Source of the DNA: Lytechinus pictus
Lineage: Eukaryota
Length of the DNA: 64,000 nt
Direction of reading: 5' to 3'
Assembly (NCBI RefSeq): GCF_037042905.1
Contig: NC_087245.1
Coordinates: 30,010,001 to 30,074,000 of the forward strand
Shown: positions 1 through 12,647 of the stretch, piece after piece
How the letters are laid out: every line of letters starts with the position of its first letter
How positions within the stretch are numbered: the stretch's first letter is position 1
Notes under the pieces: model-generated
Database searches by the model: none
What the model was told of the DNA's origin: nothing
Seen by the model: only the letters and a program-made list of their open reading frames with translations
Program-made: the position numbers and the translations under genes

Positions 1-136
1 TTCTGTGCATTTTTTTATTCAGAACATGTGACAAAATGCAAATAACAATCTACTGTTCTAACAACTGTAATGATAGCAATGGTGCTTCTCATAAATGATT
101 TACTGTTACATATTATTGTACATATTTACAGTCATT

Positions 137-447
137 GGTCCGTATTCTGAAGTCGGGTTTAACTTAGACCATGGTCCAACTCTGTGCTAAAATTATGGGA
201 AGCCAAAAGTGTCAAGATTTTTATTAAGTTGTATGTTTCTTATATTTACTGTGCTCTTTCCTGATTCTTCAATGGTGAAGGCAATCATCCATTTATACTT
301 CCTAGACAATTATGAATGATTTGACAGCCAAACGAGCTGAAATATGATAGCTCTACTGTCAGTGATTTATGTAAGAATTGGCTATCCATACTTAAACCAC
401 AACTTTAAACCTGAGTTTAAGTTAAACCCAACTTCAGAATACGGGCC
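137..447. mobile_element. MITE with ~30-bp TIRs (Harbinger-like)
   Basis: GGTCCGTATTCTGAAGTCGGGTTTAACTTA ... TAAGTTAAACCCAACTTCAGAATACGGGCC; ATT on both sides (134-136, 448-450). Confidence 0.8.
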
Positions 448-876
448 ATTAAGTCCCTATTTTCATTTCATTAAATACCAATTCAATGTATTTGCTATGC
501 CAAGCAAATTATTCCACATTTTTAAAGCAGTGTTAACTGGTAAGTATCAAGTAGAAGTCTATTTGTTTTTTTTTGTTGTAATTTCATGCTGTAGATTTTG
601 TCTTTGTCATTTTTTTTTCTTTAATAGCAGTTGTTTTCTTGGTAAATACTTTTTTATAATACCAATAACAAGAGGCTGGTACCAGCCCCCCAAAAAACAA
701 AAACAAACAAACATTCAGTTTGTGTAGTTTGTGAAGTAGTGGCAACTTTATTTGACCACTAAGAATATTGCTTGTATAGTGATTGGCAACCAAAGGTCGG
801 ACGACAATATGAAGTCTCTGAGAAAACCAGATGATGAGCTTTTTTTTTTTTTATATAAATAATAAATAGTCATTTG

Positions 877-2040
877 TCATTGGGGGGGGGGAACTGCCCC
901 CATAAATACTACAAGTAAAATCAGATGAATAAAATTATATTAAACCATATCAAATTAATACAATAACTTGATAAGTGTACATTTATAGAAAATGATACAA
1001 AATAAAATCAATCATTTGTGGGGGGGGGGGGGGTGGTACTATTGCCCCCTCAAGTTCTACTACCATTAAAATCAAAAGAACAAAATAATATTAAATTAAA
1101 TCTAATTAATACCTTAACTTGATAAATGTACATCTACAGATATTAATACTAGATAAAATCAATCAATCAATGAATCAATCATAAGGGGGAGAAGGGGGTA
1201 CATCTGCCTCCTCAAGTACTACTACCAGTAAAATGAAATGAACAAAATGATATCAAATTAAATAAAATTAATACAACTTGATAAATGTACACCTGTAGAA
1301 ATTAATACAAAATAAATAAATAAATAAGTAAATCAATCAATTAATTAATTAATCAGTCAGTCAATCATAATGGGGGGGGGGGGCGGGCGAAGGGGGTACA
1401 ACTACTACAAGTACTACCAGTAAAACCATATTGATATAATATCAAGTTAAATAAAATTAATACAACTTTATATATGTACCCCTATAGAAATTAATACAAA
1501 ATGAAATCAATCAATCAACAAATCAATGAATGAATCACTTAATCAGTCAGTCAATCATGATGGGGGGGGGGGGGGGATGAAGGGAGTACATCTGCCCCCT
1601 CAAGTACCACTACCAGTAAAATCAAATGAACAAAATGATATCAAATTAAATAAAATTAATGCAACTTGATAAATGTACACCCATAGTAATTAATACAAAA
1701 TAAAATCAATCAATGAATCACTTAATCTGACAGTCAATCATAATGGAGGGGATGAAGGGGGGTAAAACTGCCCCTCAAGAAGTACAAGTAAAATCAGATT
1801 AACAAAATAATATCAAATTAAATAAGTCAATACAATAACGTGATAAATGTACACCTATAGAAATAAATACCAATCAACGAGTCGGTCAATCATAATGGGG
1901 GGGGGGGGGGGGTACTACTGCCACCTCAAGTACTACCTGTAAAATGAGATTAACAAAATAATACCAAATTGATTAAAATTAATATAATATGTACACCTAT
2001 AGAAATGAATACAAAATAAAATCAGTCAAGCAATCGTAAA
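877..2040. repeat. Tandem repeat of ~180-bp units with poly-G runs and (TCAA)n
   Basis: About six recurring blocks of poly-G...CTCAAGTACTAC...AAATGTACACCTATAGAAAT...ATCAATCAATC. Confidence 0.85.
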
Positions 2041-2131
2041 GCAAGCAGTGAATCATGTTTCATTCAAAATTGTTTGCTGAGGCATATATCAGAGGATGCT
2101 ACATATAGTTAAATGTTTGATCAAACCTTAA

Positions 2132-2684
2132 CCTTAAAAGGACTGGGTTATTTGAGATGTATTGATGAATGGGGGGGGGGGGCTTCATGGCCCCCTTCTG
2201 ATCTCGGCCGCCGTTCGCGCGATCGCGCTGAAGTTTGGCACGCACACTCTTTACCACAAAACTTACAAGCCAGTATAAACGGAATTCTGAAAATAATAAA
2301 ATAAAATTGCGAAAGCCAATTTTTCCTTATGTAATTCTTTGTTTTTCATTGTTTTTTCAATAGAATTAATACAGACCATTTAACAACTAAAATAAACCCT
2401 AAATTAATTCAGCAGACCAATTAGAACGAAAAATAATCACCCTTTTAGGAATTTAATCTCCCATAGACTTTGTACACAAAGTATAAAATTGAGTCAATTT
2501 CGGCACGACATTGTCTCGTACAAAGTCACGTGGCGTCGCGATGCCAAACCCGTTTATCTCGAAAGTTGCGCGAGACTCCAAAAAAAAGTCAGAAAATTTT
2601 GCGGCGCTATCTTTTTGCGTTTCGGAAATATTGCGCGAAGTATCGGGGGGGGGGGGGGGATCATGGCCCCCAGTCCTTTTAGTG
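2132..2684. mobile_element. TTAA-flanked piggyBac-type MITE
   Basis: TTAA|CCTTAAAAGGACTGGG ... CCCAGTCCTTTTAGTG|TTAA. Confidence 0.75.
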
Positions 2685-4207
2685 TTAAGTTGACAGCAAA
2701 CAATGATGCCATTGCAAACATGATTTTACTGTAGTAAATATATATTGCATTTTTCATTCATATCATTCAGCCAACATAATCTCATGTAGATACTTCCAGA
2801 TGAGAATAAAAAGTTCAGTTGTTAAAATAACTTATTGATGAACATCAATCAATCCCTTTCACAACATCAAACAAAATATATAAAGTGCAAATATGACTTT
2901 ACTTTTTAATTTTTGTAAAGTATATGTAGAACATTGGTGTTTCTACAGTCAGAAATCAAAAGTAAGACCATCGAAGTGATAATGTAGTAATATTGCACAT
3001 CCCATAATATAATATCCAACTGATACATATTTCAACAAATATTTTCCTCAACAAAAGGTGGATACTTTACAAAAATATGTCTACTAATTTACCAACCAAT
3101 TTTATAAGAATACACGAGTACACTTGAAGTTGTTTGTTCATACTGCGCGCAACCAGAGGACTCATCGCATCCTCTCCATGATATTTGATATACATGTATA
3201 GTATGAGGATTGTGCTTTTGGAACTATAGCCCAATTTTAAATGAATATAATGAAATCAAATTGAATCAAATCAATAATATAGGAATAGATGACTTAATAA
3301 ATTAATACAATGTGTATTTATATATATACATGTATATATAAAATTAATCAATCAATCAATAAATCAATAGCGGGTTTTTACTCGGCGTCATACATTTCGC
3401 GTTGCAGAATACGTCATCGGCACCAGCATGCTTGAACAACTCGCTTGAAATTGTTTTTTGCAAATTCCAATGTGGCCGGACGGATGACACTGTTCAAATA
3501 CACCCGTTTACTAAACATATTAAAATCTTTCAATAATAGGCATACTATGTAAACAAAGGTTATTTTTTTCTTGATAAACAGAAGCTTGCTACGTAGCAGT
3601 AATGTTTGTAAGTTCATCCTGACGGAATGTTTGTCATAAAGATCTTGAATAATAACAAAAATATTTGTGAAGGTTTGAAGAAAATCCATCAAATATTAAG
3701 AAAGTTATCAGAAATTAAATGTTTTGGATTTGTGACATCAAACATGAGCAGCGACCCCATTATGTTTTGTAATATATAATGCATTAATTTCAATTTTTCG
3801 TGATTTATGTATTTTTTCTTCATTGGCGGGTGTGGAATAATTTTCCTATTGATATACTGAAGGTACAATAAAAAACATTTTAAATTTTCTGAGAAAATGA
3901 CTTTTAATCGATTTTTTACAATACGATATGTACAAAAGCTGCTCGCATATGACGTCACATATCAAATAATTGAAATTCTAATAACGTTTTATTCTTCGAT
4001 GGACTTTCCTCAAACCTTTGCCAATACCTTTAGAACTATTTTTTCTGCTATTTTTACAATAAACATTTTTGTCAGAGTGAACTTCAATTTTAATGGCAAG
4101 CTAATGGAATTCCTCTGTATGTGCATGGTTTTTTGGAAATTTGAATGACTTTGTAGAAAGACCGAACCGGAGTGAGATTAATGGTCGTTGCTACCACAGA
4201 ACAGGCC

Positions 4208-4901
4208 TAGTCTGTAGGCGCAGACCCCGGGGGGGGGGGGGCACTTACATTGACGAGTGGATACCATGCGCGACCAAAAAAACACGTAAAAGGATGTCTT
4301 TTTCACGATAGAGCACGTTACGTATGTAACGTGATAAGGGTGTCAAAAACACAAAAATAATGAAAAAAGGGTATCTATTTCGCTAGGAAAATTACGTGTT
4401 TAGGGTCGAATTCGCGGGGATGATAAAACAAAATTAAAATGTTTTATAAAGGATGTCCTTTTTGCCCAAACACTTCGTGTTTAGAGTCCGATTTGCGGGA
4501 GGTGTAGAAGGTGGGGTCTTACTAAACCAAATAAAGTAAAGCCGACGACCGAAGGACCCGAAACAATAAAACATTCTTGTACTTGTTTAGGGGTTCATTT
4601 CAGGGAACATTTGCCAAGAGTATCGTTTTGTTTCCAATACTTGTTAAGGGGTGCATTTTCAGAATATGGAAATTACGTGTTTAGGGTGCTTTTCGAGACC
4701 TTCTGGTCGCGCATGGTATCCACTCGTGAATGGAGGTGGCCCCCCCCCCCCGGGGCGCAGACCCTGATTGGAACGTTGATCAACATGTGTGACTCCACGC
4801 AAAGACTAGCATATACAAAACTTGCTATTACATTACACAAGGCATGAGTAGGCTGCACATTCAGACCCTTAACTCGAGTGGAGGGTTTGCCTAGAAGACT
4901 A
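4208..4901. mobile_element. Small TAGTC...GACTA TIR element, host of a nested MITE
   Basis: TAGTCTGTAGGCGCAGACCC ... GGGTTTGCCTAGAAGACTA flanked by direct repeat ACAGGCC. Confidence 0.65.
4226..4754. mobile_element. MITE with poly-G/poly-C termini and 8-bp TSD
   Basis: CCCGGG(G)n...ACGAGTGGATACCATGCGCGACCA / TGGTCGCGCATGGTATCCACTCGT...(C)nGGG; TSD GCGCAGAC at 4218-4225 and 4755-4762. Confidence 0.85.
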
Positions 4902-7009
4902 ACAGGCCCGCGTCCTAGTTCTCAACGGGCATGATATTTGCACAAGCCCGTCGTACGTAGACTCATCGCGGGAACTCGCAAGCGCCCTGATACTATGATA
5001 GCTTCTCAAATTTGAGCACGAGCCACAGATCAAAACTAAGTAAACGAAAACATTAAAAATTCGTAAATATTTGTATCAAGAAAAATCACATTAACTCATG
5101 AAGCAGGCTAGAAATAAATTGAATAATACTTGTCAATGCTTTTAACCTCTACGAACTCTGCTGCTGCCTGCATGCAACTAAAGGCTTTAACTATATACTT
5201 CTATCAAATTCTAAATTAATATCAGCAAACACAAGCTTTCATGAACAACTGCAGGTGAAAACAATGGTGCAATTGTCATGATAACCATATTACTTTTTTA
5301 CCGTCAGTAAATATATTATGATTTATAACACTTCACTTTTAAATGATTATCTATAAGAATGTACAATGATACTTATAAAATGACTGTTCAACACATGGTC
5401 AACAAATTGAGATATCAGCAATAAAGATAGGCTTTTATAGAGTTAACGTTTTCAAAAAGTAACTTTAACCGACTGATTGATTGTGGACATGTAAAACTGC
5501 ACGTGTGGGCTTGTCTGTTTCCTTTCGATCTGAAAAAAGTGAAAAACATGTAGGTCTACATAATGAAAACATTGAATTCGGATAATCACTATCTATATCA
5601 TTGACATCTGAAAAAAGAATATAGGCTAAGCTCTCAATAAATCATATCATGATATATATGACCTCACGTACCTCCCCCCTCCAAAAAAAAATAAAAATCA
5701 AAACTTAAGATTTCTGCGTTTAATTGGTCATATGAATAATGAGCCATAAACCCCACTGATATTAAATTCCAATTGGTGTATTTCTTAGTATTTTTCGTGT
5801 AATATTTTTTCTACGTTTAATAGGATGAAACTTCAGAGGTTTGTGGATCACAACTGGCCCGTCTAACGCATTGCACATTCAACAGAATAAAAAGGGACAA
5901 CAAACACTTGATGATATACCATTATGTGATGCAAAGCTCTCTCTAAGCATATGAATATTTTTATATGTGGCTTGAAATGAAGCATACGAGGTGAAATAAG
6001 AAGCAAATCAACTCATTAATTTCATTTCATTCACAGTTGCTCTTAAAACCAAAAGATTTATTCATCAAAAGAACTATGTATTCATCACCGACATAATAAA
6101 GAAAGTATTTCAATAAGTAATAATATCCTTTCTATTCTACCATATATATACATTCGTAATTAATATCTAGTTGAAAACGACTTTTAATAGGTAAATAAAA
6201 CATGTCAAAGTTATAAAAATCCCCACCAATCTATTTCTTGCTATACAGAAACACCCTAATACATAAGTTTATTTCTATAGGTAAACACTGATTCTATAGA
6301 AAGTATTTTTCTTGAGATATGAGAAGAAACGGGAAAACAGATTCATTACATTTTCCCAAAATGAAAATAGTTGTTGAAAACATATGTACCTCGAGTGTTT
6401 CACTTGTTTCTATCATTTTTTTTTATTGGTGTGTATAACACAATGAAATTTACTGTAACTAGTTCTAGTCTCGTGGGGAGGGGGGGGGGGGGTATCATAA
6501 GGAGTGGCGGCAACAAAAGTTTTAATTGTGACACCCCCTCATGAAAAAGGATTCTACTAGCCTAATTGTCTGCAAGGGAGCTTGGTGGGAAAATGAAGGA
6601 AGTTTCTCTTTATTTAATTTTCTCATTTTTTTCTGTGGGCAGGGTCAAATTTCCCAGTCCGCCCCCTCCCCCATTGTCGCCTTTGCGAGACAGTTCTTTC
6701 TTTTAAGGTAAAAATCTTGATAATAGTACATGTTTTTGATATGCAGTTATTGTCCACTATTATACATCAGATGAAAAAAAAAGACATACTTTTAATAAAG
6801 GAGCGAACCCCTTTCAGTTCGTAGCACAATGAGGCAACAATTTGGAGGTGTGAGCTCTGAATGGAGACTTGCTTGAAATTTTTGAGGGAGCGAAGTCTGA
6901 CTAAAAAAGCCCTTGAGAAAACAATGCAGGCAAAGCAGCTAATTTTCTTAAAAATTGTTACGATACTGCAACAAATAACAAGTAAATTAAGGTTTAGATT
7001 TTCTTCTTT

Positions 7010-7876
7010 TTATTAAAGGAAATAATTAAGTATACACAAACAAATTAAAACAAAATATCTTACAACAATCTCTTGAAATCAGTTCTGGCGTTATTCCAAA
7101 TAGAATCCCACTTGGTTGGCGAAAATTCACAATGATGGCGATGATGAAACTGATGTTGAAGCACGATGAATAATGAGAGTCACTGTAACAAGTTGAAATG
7201 TCCGTGAAGACGATGTTGACGATGATTAACAGTCAATTTCAGCAATCCATGGGTTGAAAAGCGTATTGAACAGGTTGATGATGTTGATGATCTCGATGAG
7301 AACTGAGAATTCCTCTCTCAAAATAACTGCAAACAGTTCATTGATGACGAGCAAATAATTCCACAGAAGATAAATATTCCAGGTGGAAATAAACTCAGCT
7401 CTGACATAAAGTCTGGCGTGAAACTCTGAGTTCTGATCTGATGTGACGAAGTGATCTGATCTGATCAAGTGATCTCATATGATTTGATGATGTCCTTGGA
7501 GAAACCGCCAGTTATATATAAACATTTCAATTATTCTAGAACATTCACTATTCTAGAAGCTTCTATTATTGTCTATTATAGAAGGTTCTAGTATTGTCTT
7601 TAAAAACATTCATGAATGACCTCAGTGAAATGTCAACAGTGTCAACAAAATAGCTAAGCCTATTGTTATTTCCACTACCAATACAAGTCTATTGTAAAGT
7701 AATCTCTATTCAGTCTGTATTGTCTCTCTTGGGACATTCAAGGGATAACAAAGAGTATTCAAAGATTAGTCATGTGTAACACAGCTGTACTATAGAGCTT
7801 TCTGGAACATTCTTAAACATTCAAAAATATTCTTAAAGAGGAAATAACTAAATAAATGAATGTAATTACTCTTACA
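7010..7876 (-). mobile_element. LTR-like element with HSE array and TATA box (class uncertain)
   Basis: Minus strand starts TGTAAGAG; imperfect terminal direct repeat (7010-7063 vs ~7830-7876); TTCTAGAA motifs at 7534-7590; TATATAA at ~7513-7520; AATAAA at far end. Confidence 0.5.
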
Positions 7877-7879
7877 ATT

Positions 7880-8950
7880 CTTCTTATATATAACAAAATT
7901 GTCTAGTCTTGTTGTAAACTTGTTTTCAATATCCAACCACTTTTTTTAATTCGTTGACAGACTTCAAAAGTGCCATTTTGCTAAATTTATTATCAACTGT
8001 CGGAAATAAGTTGACACGATCAGACATAAACAGGAGTAGACGCAAGAAAACCCCAATTGCTGCCAATTTCTAATAATTTCTAACCCTAATCATTCCACAG
8101 ATGACATTCGAATCGTAGGAATAGAACTTACCAGAAAACACCAGGAATCAATCATTCTCAAACTAGAATCATACTGGATTATGAAACTTAAGACACTTGT
8201 ACCAAACGGCATCAATATAGAAGAATAAATATTTTCTAATTTACTTCAATCGTGTGTCACATTTTTTAGATCAGTGTCACTAATTTAATGATATCAATTT
8301 ATGATACTTGTTCTTAACTGTTAGGTGCTTTCTAGCCTAGGTAACCAAAACATGAAAAGTGAGACTTCAGTCATTATGCGAATTATCAACAATTTTACTT
8401 CTAATCTTTACTTAAATTTGATTTCAAAATATATATTGTTTCATAGATTTTTAATTACTTATTACCAAAACATTTGTTGGAAACAATGTTTTCTTCATCA
8501 TCCTCCAGCTTACGATATCTACTTCATGAATATTTATATTCATTGTGACATAAATTATATGGGCATTGCGCTTTGCGCTTTCACCACCCAGCAACCAATG
8601 CTTACATTTTTGCAATTTATGACACTGTCATTAAGAATGAGATAGGATATGGCAGGCATCCTATTTTACTGCCACAATAATCTGTAATTACAGTTATATT
8701 TTCTTCATTTATGCAATTATTCTTTTAATCGAATTAATCATTTGTTTTTTATTTGTTGATTAATTTCTTTATTTATTCATTCATCTGTCTAATGAGATTA
8801 TGGAATTCATTCAACTTTATAATTCATTGATGAGCATTACTTTGTGATTAAAAGGCAAACTTGGATGTTGAATCCCCCTGTATTTTTCAGGCCGCTTCTG
8901 ACGAAGTCTTAATAATGACGAAAGTTCCTGCGTCATCTCTTGAGTTGACC
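7880..8950 (+). mobile_element. Degenerate Penelope-like retroelement 3' end (GIY-YIG C-terminus, inverted RT fragment)
   Basis: Plus-strand peptides KTPIAANF / NHSTDDIRIVGIE / LESYWIMKLKTLVPNGIN* (8044-8228); minus-strand LLLFMSDRVNLFPTVDNK (~7985-8040) resembles a PLE RT motif; hammerhead-like core at 8898. Confidence 0.7.
8892..8933 (+). ncRNA. Decayed minimal type I hammerhead ribozyme
   Basis: CTGACGA-A-GTC-TTAATAAT-GAC-GAAA-GTTC core; stem I partly retained (CGC/GCG). Confidence 0.6.
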
Positions 8951-9201
8951 TCATCTCATATATCTATTTTAAAGACTATACCTGGGCCTCTTCAATGCAG
9001 AATACCCCATATCCCTCCCGCAAAATAAAATGAAACATAAATTGGAATTATAAATTCATTTAAAAAATACATTTAAAATTAAAAACGTGAAATAAGAAGT
9101 AAAAAGAAAAAAATAAATCGACATTTCTTGAACAGTTGATCTTCGTCAACGGCAGTCTTTTCATCCATTTGACGGTCAATGCCTATATCTTATCATCAAT
9201 G

Positions 9202-9410
9202 TTAGTCAATCGTCATATCCACTCTGGGGTCATCTACATCTTTGTTCCTCGTGAAGGACCTACTATCAGAACCAGTTCCAAGAGTGCTCTCTTTGACTCG
9301 TGATGATTTAGAGGTTGTCGAGGGTGGCTCGCTGACGTCACCGCACATGAGGACTTTACACAGACTCCAAACCCTCTTATTGACAGTGAAAGCAAGGAAG
9401 ATGTACGCAC
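9202..9410 (-). CDS. 7TM receptor last coding exon (end of TM7 and cytoplasmic tail)
   Basis: Acceptor ...TTCTCTTGAGCAG|; reads (G)AYIFLAFTVNKRVWSLCKVLMCGD...VDMTID*; phase 1 matches the preceding exon. Confidence 0.9.
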
Positions 9411-9756
9411 CTGCTCAAGAGAACAAAGAACAAATGAACACGTGTGGAAAACAAACAACAATAATAATTAAACACACTTAAAAGCAGTACACATGTCACG
9501 AGAATAAGAACAGTTTGGAATACTAACTTAGGGTTCGCCATGGTCCCAAATGGTTCATGAACTTTAATCAATTATTACACTGGTGAAGAAGTGTATAAAG
9601 AGCTCTCAGTTTGGAAAATGGATAATGCAGTTAAGGTTATGATAAAGCTGGCACACAATGACATCCCCTAACGTCCCAATCCGCTCATACGAACACACAC
9701 CACACATACTATCACACCCACCCTGACACACACACACAAAATACACTTCTTATACG

Positions 9757-11800
9757 CCTGTCCTAGACAGGTTGTATTACGGTATCACGCTCGGTGTCCG
9801 TCCGTCTATGCGTTTGTATGTCCGTCCGTTAACTTTTTCTTGTAAACGCGATAACTTCAGTTCAACTTAACCTAGGCTTATATGGTTTGGTGTGTATGAT
9901 ACTAGCATGGATCCCAGGAAGCCTATCCATTTTGAGGTCAAAATGTCAAAGTCAAGGTCAAAGTGACATGTTTTCATCTTACCCTTCTGCAGTCCTTGTA
10001 AACGCGATAACTTCATTTTGACTTGACCTAGGCTAATATAATGTGGTGTGTATTATACTAGCATGGATCCCAGGAAGCCTATTTATTTTTAGGTCAAAAA
10101 GTCACAGTGACACGATTTTATCTTACCCTTCTGCAGTCCTTGTAAACATGATAACTTCAGTTTAACTTAACCAGGCTCATATAATTTGGTGTCTATGCAC
10201 GGATCCATCACTGGCAGAGACCTGTCACTGGTAGAGTATCGTGGTAAAGAGCAAAGACCTGCTATCCAAGCGGCAGTCGGCAGTCTCTGTGAATGGTCTC
10301 ACACAAACAAAATGAACCTTAATCCCAAGAAATGTCAAACCATTGAGTTTTGTTTTACAAGGAATCTAACACCTCCCCCATTAGTCAGAGTTGGAAACGA
10401 ATTACTCCATCAGGCTGAATGTGTCAAACTCTTGGGTGTGCACATTCAAAGTAACCTGAAATGGAGTACACACATTTCTGAAATTCTCAAAAGTGCCAAC
10501 CGCAAGCTCTACATGCTACGTCTTCTGAAGAAGTTTGCCCTCACACCCTCTGATCTTCTCACCATTTATACTTGTTATGTGAGACCAGTCACAGAGTATG
10601 CGGCCCCCGTTTGGAATGCCGGGATCACCAAGGAGGAAGCAAGAAAACTTGAGTCGATACAAAAGCGAGCCCTACGAGTTGTATTAGGTGAAAGCTATAT
10701 ATCTTACGAGCAGGCACTTTTTGTTCTCAAACTGCCTTCGCTTGCTGATCATTGCAAGGCATTGTCTCTCTCATTCGCGAAGGACCTGGTGAAGCCAACA
10801 TCCCATTTTCGCCATCTCTTGCCAACCAGAGACTCGAATATCCGATCAACAAGGCATTCTAGACTATACACACAACTTAGATTCAGGACAAACAGATTAA
10901 GAGACAGTGTAATCCCATATCTTGTAAATCTATTGAATAATTTATAATCATTTACACACCTAACTGAATGTTTCCACTGACTGTTCCCAAATTTTTTCTA
11001 TTGTAACGTACATTATTTTGATATTCATATTTTGTTTATTTTGATTTATACATAGGTAAATACAAGTAATTATCTCCAAGAACTCACCTGTTTTATATCC
11101 TCTTTAATAAAACTACTCGTGTACTTCTTTTTTAATCCAAATATTCCTTTATGACAAAATATTATTTCATTATGACAAATCATACCTAGCTGGATAATTT
11201 CATACTTATTTCCTCCATAAACAGTACTTGAATGCCAAACAATGCTAAATGATGTTACCCAAGATGCCTTTTTCCGTAATTGTTGAACTGTTCTGAATTC
11301 CTTTCGTTGCACTGACTTAGAAACATGTATCCCAATATGATCTGTTTCTTCCTTAGTTTTTCATTTGTTGTATTATTATTACTATATGGATAATTTTTTT
11401 TTCCATATTTGTTAAATACCCAATCTCTTTAACTTTGTTCCTGTCTCTCTCCCTCTTATTTAATTTTGTCTTGCTTTCTAACAATGTTCTCACTACATGT
11501 ACTTCATTCTACCTCTGAGGCTTCCTTCTCATATGCTGGGTATTTCAATTACTTTCATATTTATGTATAATTATTTTGTAGAATAATTTCATTTTGATAT
11601 TTGCCTATTTTATTCTAAGTTGTATATTTTTTAAATGTCTGTATATGCCATCTGTAAACTGAATGTAATTCAGCCTTTGTTTGTTATTTTCAGTGAATAT
11701 TTGAAATAAATAAACCATTCAATCACAAATCCCAGGAATTCTATTGATTTTGAGGTCAGAAGGTCAAAGGTGAAGTCGCCACCTTCCACTTTTCTTGCTT
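9757..11800 (+). repeat. Interspersed repeat with GGTCAAAGGTCA-type internal units, split by a LINE insertion
   Basis: Units with ATCCCAGGAAGCCTAT...GAGGTCA at 9900-10190 resume at ~11725. Confidence 0.55.
10200..11722 (+). mobile_element. 5'-truncated LINE (CR1/L2-group) RT C-terminus and 3' UTR
   Basis: ORF 10186-10947 with W...NKMNLNPKKC, KLLGVHIQSNLKW, YVRPVTEYAAPVW, LESIQKRALR; AATAAA tail near 11705. Confidence 0.85.
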
Positions 11801-12024
11801 GACCAATAACATGCACTGTACCCTTTTGACACACTATACTCCACCTAATGGAGGATTGTAGGAGACAGTAGAAGAAGCAAAGAAGAAGTAGACGATGAAG
11901 AAGAGAATTTTAAGAAGAAGAATTAAAAACAAAAAGATGAAAAAGTAGTTTAAAGAAGAAGAAAGAGACAAGGAGGATGGAGAAGAAAAGTAAAAAGATC
12001 AAGCAGAAAAAACATTCACCTTAC

Positions 12025-12127
12025 CTTGGAGTCCGTTGAACACAATGAAGATATACCAAAGGGCGGTAATCCCAGATAAAGGAATAATGAATGCAGTGAT
12101 CCATGTAAACCCCATCAAAGTTGACAC
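12025..12127 (-). CDS. 7TM receptor exon encoding TM6-TM7
   Basis: TAG|GTGTCA...CCAAG|GTAAGG; VSTLMGFTWITAFIIPLSGITALWYIFIVFNGLQG, matching class B/adhesion GPCR LxGxTW and FNxLQG motifs. Confidence 0.93.
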
Positions 12128-12647
12128 CTAGGTATCAAATGGGTAATACAAATTCATACTCCATAGACAGACTTACATATTCCAGCTTAACTTATCCTCT
12201 GATCAGCTCAGAGTTGTATCAATGGAGACTATGTGATTACTTAATTGGAGTCTATGAAGTGATTAGTGTTTTACAAGTGACCCAAGCAGGAGAAAAAAAG
12301 TCTCTGGCTTTGGAACTAAATTTCAAAGAATGTTATTATTTTGCACGATGTGGGAAATTCTTCATTTCACTTTTTTTTTCATGGAAACATGTACACAGTC
12401 ATGTGGACATACATGTGGTATTAATTCAGTATGATATGTTAAACCGATTTTTCCTTCAATTACAGGGTTGACTTGAACAGCCAATTGAAAATAATCAGGT
12501 ATTTCTTTCCTTTGAAATTCCCTATTTATTTTCAAATATTCTTGGGCAGAAATGGAGACGCCTGTGAGTTTTTTACTGAGTTTTATTGTAAAATGTACAA
12601 AAGTGATCAGGGCCTGACTAAGATACCAAGATATATGTTATGCGTAC

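Noticed and set aside
344..793. ORFs at the window start as a neighbouring gene
   Set aside because: Low-complexity, partly within a MITE, with no recognisable domain
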